The notes under the pieces were generated by a model. The model searched no databases and was not told where the DNA came from. It was given only the letters and a program-made list of their open reading frames with translations. Shown here piece after piece: positions 54,239 to 64,000 of a stretch of 64,000 nt of DNA (the first letter of the stretch is position 1; each line of letters begins with the position of its first letter). The stretch comes from Eledone cirrhosa (taxonomy: Eukaryota). Made by a program: the position numbers and the translations under genes. The stretch spans positions 27,590,001-27,654,000 of the forward strand of contig OZ024759.1 in assembly GCA_964016885.1 (NCBI GenBank). Direction: 5' to 3'.

Positions 54239-55306
54239 CATCATCATCATCATCGTTTAACGTATGCTAGCATGGGTTAGAAGGGAGTTGTCCCAATTTG
54301 AGGCAAGGTTGGTCGGGTGATCGTGTCTCACTCGTATAGGACTATCTGGCAGATTTTCTATGGATGGATGCCCTTCCTAACACTCACCACATTTACAGTG
54401 TGGACTGGGAGCTTTTTACCGTGTTACCGACACGACCACATTACAGCGTAGACTGTGTTTTTTTTTGTTTGTTTGTTTTTCCCTTCTCTATTCCCCCCCC
54501 CTTTTTTTTTTCTTTTTTTTGAGATCTCTGGTGTTATGCAGTAATACAGAAGACCCGCCTTCCCATGAGCACTGGCAAAGCATTTCACAGAAACGCATAC
54601 CCTTAACGTAGTTCTCAGGGAGATTCAGCATGACACAGAATGTGACAAGGCTGACCCTTCAAATTACAGATACAATCATTTTTTTCAGCTGAGTGGACTG
54701 GAGCAACGTGAAATAAAGTGTCTTGCTCGAGGGCACAATGCGCCGCCAGGAATCAAATTCACGACCATACGATTGTGAGCTGAATACCCTAACCACAAAG
54801 TCACCCATATGGGTATCGGACTCCATTAAGGGTGTGTACTGATGCCTCTCCTGTTAATTTTCATGAACAGGATGGCATGCGCAGCTAGGTTGGAAGTGAT
54901 ATCAAAACCAGCACGAGTAGAGTCAGTCAGTTGATATTTGCAGATGAAATCATACTACTTAACTTGTAGGAAGGTGATCTCTGACATGCAACTTGATACG
55001 TTCCCGGCAGTGTGTTGCAAAGATTGAAACATTCAGTCTCGCGAAAAAGCCTGCGCAGCACACTCTGTATGTGAGCCGTATCAAGGGGAGACGGTTACTT
55101 TTGACGGGACCCTGTGGAAGCAGTGTTTGAGGACTCTGCCCCCACAACATTCACAGGAATCAGTTAAAGCGAACAATTGATGAATACAAACCCTTGGGTG
55201 GTGTCCAGTGTTTCGTTCCGTAGGAATGTTGAAGTAACAAATATTCAATGTGTTTATTTAAACGACGATATATTATCAATCCAGCTGCTACAATTTCGGC
55301 AGTCAT
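48672..55306 (-). CDS. NUDT2: Bis(5'-nucleosyl)-tetraphosphatase (asymmetrical Ap4A hydrolase), 143 aa, 2 exons
   Basis: Exons 55306-55192 and 48988-48672 total 432 nt; [28 protein letters not shown]|[22 protein letters not shown] (Nudix box)..[10 protein letters not shown]. Confidence 0.95.
49011..49330 (-). mobile_element. Penelope-like element RT fragment
   Basis: [42 protein letters not shown] resembles a Penelope-type RT core (MGS / YxDD). Confidence 0.7.
50456..50888 (+). mobile_element. 3' fragment of the same RTE LINE in the NUDT2 intron
   Basis: Matches 38498-38925; ends aaaacggtgatgatgat. Confidence 0.9.
51319..51385 (-). ncRNA. Minimal type I hammerhead ribozyme motif (Penelope-type), sense within the NUDT2 intron
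   Basis: ttttat CTGATGA [stem II aaacacaaat..gtttgttttt] GAAA tgcgca TA ataaaa; palindromic stem III. Confidence 0.7.
53055..53128 (-). ncRNA. Minimal type I hammerhead motif with GUC site, sense within the NUDT2 intron
   Basis: tcac CTGATGA [gat..atcgat..atcgat..att] GAAA catgtg TC gtga. Confidence 0.6.
55192..55306 (-). CDS. NUDT2: NUDT2 exon 1
   Basis: [38 protein letters not shown]+G|gtttgt. Confidence 0.92.
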
Positions 55307-56288
55307 GTCTGCGAATTTAGAATTAGAAATTGCTTTAAAAATATTTTTATACGTAAATTAAGAAAGGGGATTAAAAGAGTCAAACAAAAACACTCATTAA
55401 CTACAATGTAATTTCATAGTAGTTTTGCTATTTTTTTTATTATTACACTCGTCTCAGAAATGTATTTTATGGAAATCTCGAATGTGGTGGGGCATGTACC
55501 ACAGAAAATGAGTGATTTGCAACGATTTGGAAGGCCATATTCGTTCAAAACACATAAACAATCACGGGAAAGAATATAAGGCGATATCCACCTCATACAT
55601 TGAAGTAAGCGGCATTTAGTCCGCTAAAATTGGATATCGCCGAATATAAAATAAAATTCGCATCAAACCCATCAACTAATTCGACTTAAAATAAAAAGAA
55701 TTACTAGCATACATGTTTCTGAGACAGGTGTAATAATATAAAGCTACCCCTTTTTCTTTGAAATAAATTAATAAAATTTATATAATTAGATAGAAGTCAC
55801 AATAGATAAACGAAATGAAATATACCTGTTAAATTACAGATAAGGCAATCAACTTCTGTTTCTTATTAACACAATAAAGTGTCTTCCGTGGAATAAAATA
55901 TAAATAATTAGCTTGTATGTTCTAGCAACAAAAGAAAAGAAGAATTAGATGTAATTAAAAAAGGTTTGTCAGAAAATGTACAAAAGTATTTTGAGAGCGG
56001 TGTAATATAAAAATAGTAAACTTGTACTAATTTAATATTAACAAATATGTTGTTTACTGCTTAAATGAAATTAAATATTATATCAATATCACTTAATACA
56101 CTATAGCAACATGTTGACATATATGCTCAACTATACATATATATAAATTTAATAGGGATAGATGCATATTTGTATGTACATGTATATAACAAATGACTAT
56201 GCATGTATATATATAGGCTTTATTTGTTAATTTATTTTTCTTTGACTTGAAGACCTGGTCGTAAAGGTTGCTTTAACTTATATATATT

Positions 56289-56390
56289 TAGGGTGTCTCC
56301 AAAAATGTACACACACTTTGATTACCTGTACAGACAATATTTATAAGAATTGAGTTGAAGTGTGTATACATTTTGCGGGGACAGCCTGTA
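56289..56390. mobile_element. Tc1/mariner-like tiny MITE (similar copy at 48533-48610)
   Basis: Imperfect TIR agggtgtctccaaaaatgtacacacactt / aagtgtgtatacattttgcggggacagcctg; TA flanks. Confidence 0.55.
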
Positions 56391-57675
56391 TATTATGATA
56401 TTACGATAATAGCTCAACAATATACAATAGATATAGTATTATTATTCGACGTTCGTAGTAACAAACCACGTTTTATTTCGGCAAATTATCTCCTCCAGTA
56501 AAAAACCGGTGTCACCCCAAAACATCTTCAACTTAAAAGATTTTTCTTGGTAACAACCATCATTAAGTTGCATTTTTCAAGTAAGAAAACACGGACACAA
56601 TTTTATCAAAACACAACAATACACAATGCTGTAAGATTCTCTATTTTCTATTGTTGTCGTATAATATATACCGTTTAACACTATTTTTAATACGTTCCTC
56701 TACAGATGTTTGATTTAACGTTCTGTTTTTTACTTGAACACATGTTTAATAAATGACTGATCGATTTGTTGGGAATAAGATATCCATTCTATATAAAAAA
56801 TATTAAATCGTTTATTTAACAACTTAATATTATCAATTATTTGTTTGTTGTTTAGACAATTTAAAGCACGAATTGTGACAAGCAGATTTATTTTTGATGT
56901 TTTCGTTTTATATTGAGAAAATATATTTAATTTTTGGTGTTTGGAAGCAGTATATTTATTACTCTTCAGAAAGCTACAATTGTAGCCGCAAAGGAAGACA
57001 AGTATCTATCACTTCTTATGTGAACTGATTCCTTTTCTCGTATCGATTACCAAAACGATTGCATTGATAATTGTCATGGTCTTTATATCGATCTTCTGTT
57101 AATAGTGTTGATAACGATAGAGATCATTTTTACAATAAGTGAAATTAGAATTATTAGTCATCATTATTAGTTACAGTATTTGTGACTAATAATTGTTTCT
57201 ACTTTAGGCACAAGGCTAGCGATTTCAAGGGGAGGAAAGTTGATTAAATCGACACAAGTGCATTACTGGTACGACACAAAGCTAACAATTTTTAGGGAAG
57301 TGAGAAAAACCCCAAGACGTAACTTGTAATTTATTTTATCGACAATAAAAAACCGAGGTTAACTTTGCCTTTCATCCTTACGAGGTCGATAAAATAAAGC
57401 ACCAGTAACGTACTGGGGGGTCGACTCCCCCCCCCCCAATTACTGACCTTAAGGGGTCGATAAAATAAAGTACCAATTAGTGGCCAATTACGGCTAGTTT
57501 AAACAGAAAGAGGTGAGAGAATTCAATCCAGATATAGCCAGTTTAAATGCTAAAGGGTTAATTATTTTTTTAAAAAATGTATTTTGATATTCTATTCTTT
57601 TATTTTCTATTGTTGCATTTTTATTTTCTCCTAGTGAATGTTAAGTGAAAGAATTGACCAAGTTTTATTGGTACG

Positions 57676-57942
57676 ATGTCAGAAGCAATGACAAATCTAC
57701 AGACTCAAGCAAGCAGTGATAAAAACCATTGTTCAAATGAACACATTAGTAATGGATTACACCCTGAGAAGGATCCAGAGAATTCTGATGGTGACAGTGG
57801 CATAACAGGAAACACAATCACTAAAGAAGATGGTCAAAAGACTAATGAAAGTCGTTCCAAATTTACTGGTTTTGGTATTCCATTAAATCTACAGAGATAT
57901 GAGGCTGTGAGGAAGGAGTTAGGAAAAGAAAATATAGAATCG
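57676..57942 (+). CDS. HENMT1: HENMT1 coding exon 1
   Basis: MSEAM...FGIPLNLQRYEAVRKELGKENIES|gtaaga; an acceptor ctcctag at about 57634 implies an upstream UTR exon. Confidence 0.85.
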
Positions 57943-60900
57943 GTAAGATATTTTTCTGTAAGATTTACAAACAGGACAACAAACATTGGTGTAATTGAAG
58001 CGAGCCATTTACCCAATATTGTCTCTTTCTCATTGTGTGTGTGTAGAGTGGACTCATCCTACCTATGCTTACATTAAGTAAAGTAGACTCGCCCTACCTA
58101 TGGTCACATTTAGTAAATTGGACTCACCCTACTTTTGGTCACATTAAGTAAAGAGGACTCACCCTACCTATTGTCATATAATTTGAAGTGGACTCACCCT
58201 ACCTATGGTCACTTGAATTAAAGGGGATTCGTTCTACCTATGATCACTTAAATTAAAGAGGACTTGTCCTACCTATGGTCACTTAACCTTTTAGCATTTA
58301 AACTGGTCGTATCCGGCCAGATTTCTCTCACCTCTTTTTGTTCAAACCAACTGTAACCAGCCATTTATACTTATTTTAATGTATTGTTCTCAAAATAATA
58401 TCAAAATCTCATAGATTCAATATTATGTGAGATATCTATACATATATATAAAACTATAGTTGTCTGTGTGTGTCCCCTCATTTTTGCAAAGTCTATACAA
58501 ATCCACATTTCTACTCCGATTGACTTCAAACTTGCATTTATATATTCCTTGCGGTCTAAAGATATTAACTGCAGCTTTTATTTTTCAATTTTCTGTCGTT
58601 AAATGGGTTTTAGGCACTGGTTATCCATCTCCGTCGCACCCTTATAATATCTGTCTGTATACCTAGCTGTCTGCAGTACGACATTCTGACAAACATTGAT
58701 GACATATCATGTTCGCTATTTTCCGTTCATTGCCAGGGAACGTCTTCACGAACCAAAGTATCGTCTTCCTGTTTTCCTTCGGTTGCAACATTTTTCGAAA
58801 TATTTACTTCTGCGTTCACAGATTGATTTTTTTTTAGTTTCAGAAGATCCCGTTAAGGGTGAAAGCAGCAATTCTTTGCTTAAACTTTAATCTGTTATTT
58901 TAATATATAATATAAGCAAGGCAAGCCAGCCCAGTTGCACTTCTTGCCAATAAACATTAACCCTTTGTGCGCCATTCATCTAACTGTAGACCAACAAATA
59001 CCAATTAAACGGAACATTGACAAGAATGATGGCAAATGAATCTTCGAAGTAAGCAGTTTCCTCCTGAGCTGTTAGTTCACGTGGGATTCTCTGCTACACC
59101 TTTACGTAATAATACCGAACGTATTGCTGGTCACTTCTTCCTCCAAAAGCCGTACAAAGCGGACATGTGCATTGGGTAGATGGATCGGGTGCAAATCTAC
59201 ACCAGGCCTACGCGAAAAATTCACAAGGACTGCACCGAGAGGGATAGAGAGAAAGAGTAGCTTAGTGGAAAGAGTGCGAATGAACTTTTGAGGTAAGTAG
59301 CCTACGCCTTACTGCTATGACACTGGAACCTTCTGCCAACTTAACCTGTGACTTTCTCTTTCACATTTACTCCAAAAGGCCAAAACAGAGGAGTATGAAA
59401 AGAAGAGGCTCAACAATATTTCTATGAACAATGCACGCAGACAGCTAAACTGTACTTTCAACTTCTTAATTTTCTCCAAATAAAACAAGTTTCCTGTCGG
59501 TATATTTTCGTGAGTTTTTAACAGGCATTCACAAATAAACGTTTCTCATTGGAGGTGCTATTACCAATGTTCTTACCCGTGCAACGCCAGGATACACTGC
59601 TAGTGTAAGATAAAGCCTTTACCGTGAAAATACAATAGTAAATATAGAGTAATGTAAATGCTAAAGGGTTAAATTAAGTGGTTTCATCCAAACCTCTCTC
59701 ATCTGTGACATCACAGATGCCAAGCTGTATCGACCTCTGCCTTTCTCTTGGACAACATTGGTGGTATGAAGACAAGAGACTGGTATACATGGGTGCTTAC
59801 TGGTCTTCCACAAAAAAAAAACCTTGCCCAGACTTATGCCTTGAAGGGGAACATTCTAGGTGCAAAGCTCATGGTCATTCGGGACCGAATGGGATCTTTA
59901 CTCTTACCTGAAGGATCACTGCTCTAAGATGGTTGGGTGTTTGGGTTTTTAGTCCAATCCAACTCTGGCGGGGGTGGCTTAATGTGAACCACTTTGTGAA
60001 TCCCTTGCTACTGAAAATTTGTTGACCTTTATCGTTGCAGTGTATTGACTTTGGGTCATCTGAGTGTCGTGTTATTGACCAGTTCAGCCAAATAGCCACA
60101 CTAAAACAGTTGGCCCTTGTGGACTTGGACCGAAATACTCTAGTATCAAACCTCCATCGCCTCACCCCTCGTCTCATGCATTACTCTCGCTCCGTCCAAC
60201 TCACCGTCAATGTCTATGAGGGCGATGTCACTATCTACGACAGCCGCATGAAAAGCTATGATGCCGTCACCATGATTGAACTGTGAGTAGTCTCCCTCCT
60301 ACTACTGCACCTCTTCCTCTACCACCTTCCCTTCCTACTCCTACTACACTTCTTTCTCAACCACCTCATCCTCCTACTTTTTATACTCCTTTACCTCCTT
60401 CTTTTACACCTCTTCCTCTTCTTCTTTGTCTCCTACTCCCCATCTCTTTCTCTCTCCCATCTCTCTCTCTCCCCTCCCATCACTCTCTCTCTTCTCCCAT
60501 CATCTCTCTCTCTTCTATACCCATCATCTCTCTCTCTTCTCTCCCATCTCTCTCTCTCTCTTCTTATTAAGATTATTATTATTATTTTAAATTATTTCTC
60601 TCTGTCTCTCTCTCAAAAAACATACAAAAACAACAACAATCCCCTAACTTTGCTCTGATCCCTCAGTATTGAACACCTGGTTCATGAAGATCTGAAGAAG
60701 TGCTGCCACATGGTTTTCAAAGAATTGAGGCCAAAGTTAGTTGTAGTGACCACACCTAATTCTCAATTTAACATTGTGTTTGGCATGACTGCTGGTGAGA
60801 TGAGACATTGGGACCACAAATATGAGTGGACGATGTCCGAATTCCAAAGCTGGTAAGTGGTTGTTATTCATTGATTAGTCCTCAAGTCCCCATCCTGCTG

Positions 60901-63209
60901 ACCAATGGTCAAAATATATTTCCAGCCATACGGAGTAGGTAGACCCAGAAAAACCTGGGACGATTTGATAAATTCCGACCTTACACACTTGCACCTCTCT
61001 AAGACAATGTCACTGGACCGAGATCTTTGGCGCCACGCAGTAATACCAAAGACTCGCCTTGCCCATGTACAAAGCGAAACCTACAGTCAGTAGGCACCTC
61101 CTAACCAAATATACACCCCAACCCACTACCCCTACTCCATCTTCCCACTCCCACCAACACCACCCTTTCTCTGTAAAGTTATGTTGGTACCACAACATCC
61201 AGTCCAAACTAATGAGGTCGTGTAGGTGTCACGACAAAAAAACACACAGTCCACGCTGTAATGTGGTTGTGTAGGTAACACGGTAAAAAGCTCCCAGTCC
61301 ACACTGTAAATATAGTTGGTGTTAGGAAGGGCATCCAACCGTAGAAAACCTGCCAGATAGTCTTATACGAGTGAGACACAGTCACCCGACCAATCTTGCC
61401 TCAAGTGGGACAATTCCCGTCTAACCCATGCTAGCGTGGAAGGAAGATAGACGTTAAACGATGATGATGATCCATCCTCTAATTTTCCAGATAATATATT
61501 TACCAAACAAGTGGCAAAAATGGGATCCCTCCAAAGGTTCTTTGGAGTAACATTACTCGATAGAGTGCGTAACTTGGAGATCAAAGAGTCGCTCCAGGTA
61601 AAGCTGCTACTTCTCCGAATTGAGAGATCTCAGTTCCAATACTATGGGCATGTGGTTAGAATGTCTCAGGAAAGAATCACTGGACAAAACCAACCGGCAG
61701 CAGACCCAAGGGTAGATACTGAGCAAGATGGTTGGATAAGAACCTTACATTAAGTTACAATCTTAATAATGAAATAATTAATAATTTCAGGAAATCCCTA
61801 AAAATTCTTCATTAACCCTTTTGAACCCAAAATCACACATTGTAAAAGGTTCCTATTTAAATTAAAATCCTCCAACATAATTTTATATAAGAACCTTACA
61901 TTAAGTTACTATTTTAGTGATGAAATAATTAATAATTTTAGTAAATCCCTCGTAATTCTTGATTAATTTTAAATAGAGAGTATTTCATTAAAAATATGGT
62001 CACAAAGGGGTTAAAATGTGTTTGCTTTTGATTTATCCCTCACAGGGGAGATGACATATGTACTAATTATGGCTACAATGTTGAATACCTGGGTGTCGGG
62101 GTGACTGATATTGTACCTGATGTAGGGTTCTGCAGTCAGATTGCTGTTTTCAAACGAGAAGAAAGCTTCTTATGCACATCAAGTGTTGATCTTCAGCAAG
62201 AAGTTTATAAATATGTAAGTATGCTACTGCTTTCATCATCATCATTATCATCATCATTTTAGGTCCGCTTTTCCCTGCTTACAAGGGTGGGACAAGTCCT
62301 CTTCAGCACAGTATCTCTCCATTAGTCACTGTCCTTCATCATCTCCTCTGTGAGCTTCAGCGATCTGAGGTCAGCTCTCACCACCTCTGCCCATGTTTTC
62401 CATGGTCTTCCTCTACTGTGACTTCCTTCCACTATCTAAATACTAAAAGTGGCTGGTAATAGGGTACAGCCATAGAAAGGTTACCAAAGAAAGGGTCAAG
62501 AGGACCCTCAGTTGTGTCAAAGACATGACATCCTCCCTAGTGTTTGGTGATCTACACGGTAAACACACCCAATACATGCTGTAAAGTGGTTGGTGATAGG
62601 AAGGGCATCCAGCTGTAGAAATCTTGCCCAACAAAGGGTTGGGAGGACTCTCAATTGTGTCAAAGACATGATAACCTTGTCTAAGCACTCGATGGAATAT
62701 GAGACTGTACATAAACGAGATACAGATCCCTGGCTTGCTTGGGAGATCAGTGGCTCCGCTTCACGTTGGACTTGGTCTATATAGACCTGTCCAACCCTTG
62801 CTAGCAGGGAAAGCGAATGTTAAAAAGATGATGTTGTTGTTGCTACTGCTGTTGTTGTTGTGTTGTTGTTTAACTGTGATGATAATGTTATTGATGATGG
62901 TGGTGGCTGTGATGATAGTGATAGTGATGATGGTAATGATGGTTTCCGTGTTTTTTCATTCCTCAAGATAACCAAGATAGATTTTCCCTATACAACGGAA
63001 GAAAGCAAGCAAACAATTCTATTGGAATCGGTGAAATACTATCTTCGGAAGTATGCCTGTGACTGGAACATCCTTGAACATCACTCTGAAGAACTCGATG
63101 GAAGGGAAACAGAAGATACAAGCGATAGCACCAGCGTGAAAGTTCCTCTCAGTGAATTGATGCTGTACAGCAGTGTATGGGAGAACTGCAAAGACAGGAG
63201 AGCATTAGG
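57676..63209 (+). CDS. HENMT1: Small RNA 2'-O-methyltransferase Hen1/HENMT1 (5 exons in window, 3' partial)
   Basis: Exons 57676-57942, 60041-60282, 60667-60852, 62046-62214 and 62968-63209 splice in phase; PLNLQRY, IDFGSSE, YDAVTMIELIEHL, TTPNSQFN, RHWDHKYEWT..EFQSW, GVG..GFCSQIAVF. Confidence 0.93.
58045..58285. repeat. About 32-bp degenerate tandem repeat
   Basis: ggactcaccctacctatggtcacattaagtaaa-like units, about 7 copies. Confidence 0.8.
58435..59603 (+). mobile_element. Non-autonomous Helitron nested in a piggyBac-like MITE (HENMT1 intron)
   Basis: 5' TC, 3' hairpin cccgtgcaacgccagg, CTAG end, inserted between A and T; splits the MITE at 58284-59672; a related 3' end lies on the - strand at about 26715-26745. 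Confidence 0.75.
60041..60282 (+). CDS. HENMT1: HENMT1 exon 2
   Basis: gcag|CIDFGSSEC...YDAVTMIE(L)|gtgagt. Confidence 0.92.
60667..60852 (+). CDS. HENMT1: HENMT1 exon 3
   Basis: tcag|IEHLVHEDLKKCCHMVFKELRPKLVVVTTPNSQFNIVFGMTAGEMRHWDHKYEWTMSEFQS(W)|gtaagt. Confidence 0.95.
62046..62214 (+). CDS. HENMT1: HENMT1 exon 4
   Basis: acag|GDDICTNYGYNVEYLGVGVTDIVPDVGFCSQIAVFKR...VYKY|gtaagt. Confidence 0.92.
62968..63209 (+). CDS. HENMT1: HENMT1 exon 5
   Basis: caag|ITKIDFPYTTEESKQTILLESVKYYL...DRRAL|gtgagt. Confidence 0.8.
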
Positions 63210-63582
63210 GTGAGTGTTTCGGTGGTGGTAGTGTTGGTGATAATGGTAGTATTGGTGTTGTTGGTGGTGGTGGTAGTAGTGATTGTGGTGGACAGGGAGC
63301 TTTTTTCATGGCACCAGCACTACCACATTGCAGCGTGTACTTGGTGCATTTAATCATGGCACCAGCACTACTACTTTACTAGTGTAAAGGTTGTATTTTA
63401 TCATAGGACCACCTATACCACTTTACAGAGTGTACTGAATGCATATTATTGTGGCACAAGCACTAGCACTTTACAGAATGTACTGGGTGCATATATTATT
63501 GTGACACCATTACTAACGTGTGTGTCTTACTATAAACTTATCGTTCACTTCCCTGACAGTATGTATTGTACATTATTCTATA

Positions 63583-63925
63583 TAATAATGAAATTATTGT
63601 GTACTGTGCTCAGGTGCACTACAACTCATCAAAGCTGCATGTATAGTACATAGAATAATGTATACATGTCAGGAAAATGAACAGTGTACGAGTCATGAAA
63701 TACATATGTGCAGGTGTATGGAGGAGCGACATCAAGTGTAGTGTTGGAAGCATGGAGGTTTTAAAGGATGCAGTGTCTCGACAGCTAACAACTGATGCAG
63801 GTAGTTTGTTCCATGCTTCAGCAACTCTGAACGTGAAAAAATGTTTCCGAAAGTCATGGGAGCTGTGCTGTTTTCTGACTTTGTAGGCATGCCCACGTGT
63901 GTTAGACACATGGAAATCAAAAAGG
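63583..63925 (-). mobile_element. CR1/L2-type LINE 3' end
   Basis: NTRGHAYKV..RKHFFTFRVAEAWNKLPASVV..TASFK is the typical CR1-group ORF2 C-terminus. Confidence 0.8.
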
Positions 63926-64000
63926 TGCTCAGGATTGTACAATACATACACCATTGATGAGTTGTAGTGCACCCGAGCACTGTACACAATAATTTTCATG

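Overview
This is AT-rich, repeat-saturated animal genomic DNA. The SINE/RTE-LINE/(ATC)n/(TA)n landscape suggests a coleoid cephalopod such as Octopus (inference). I reconstructed four protein genes by hand. (1) A minus-strand seryl-tRNA-synthetase paralogue with 13 exons found (23339->7934; last exons not found). It has lost the TxE and motif-2 catalytic residues and looks like SLIMP rather than SARS2. (2) A SOCS2/CIS-like gene with a single coding exon (34987->34040) and a tandem pair of STAT (TTCN3GAA) sites about 85-110 bp upstream of its ATG. (3) NUDT2/Ap4A hydrolase (2 exons, 55306->48672). (4) HENMT1/Hen1 (5 exons from 57676, running off the window), head-to-head with NUDT2. Mobile DNA includes a near-intact RTE LINE (APE-RT-PHD, one 4-bp frameshift) with two inverted truncated copies, a degraded second LINE, Penelope and CR1 fragments, hAT/piggyBac/Tc1-type MITEs, a nested non-autonomous Helitron, many tRNA-derived SINEs and several satellites, including a 6.3-kb G-rich array. 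The least expected signals are about 9 Penelope-type minimal hammerhead ribozyme motifs (three in sense within the NUDT2 intron) and a 57-bp exon-derived repeat that gives SLIMP five in-frame splice acceptors. All of this was read by eye; no searches were run.
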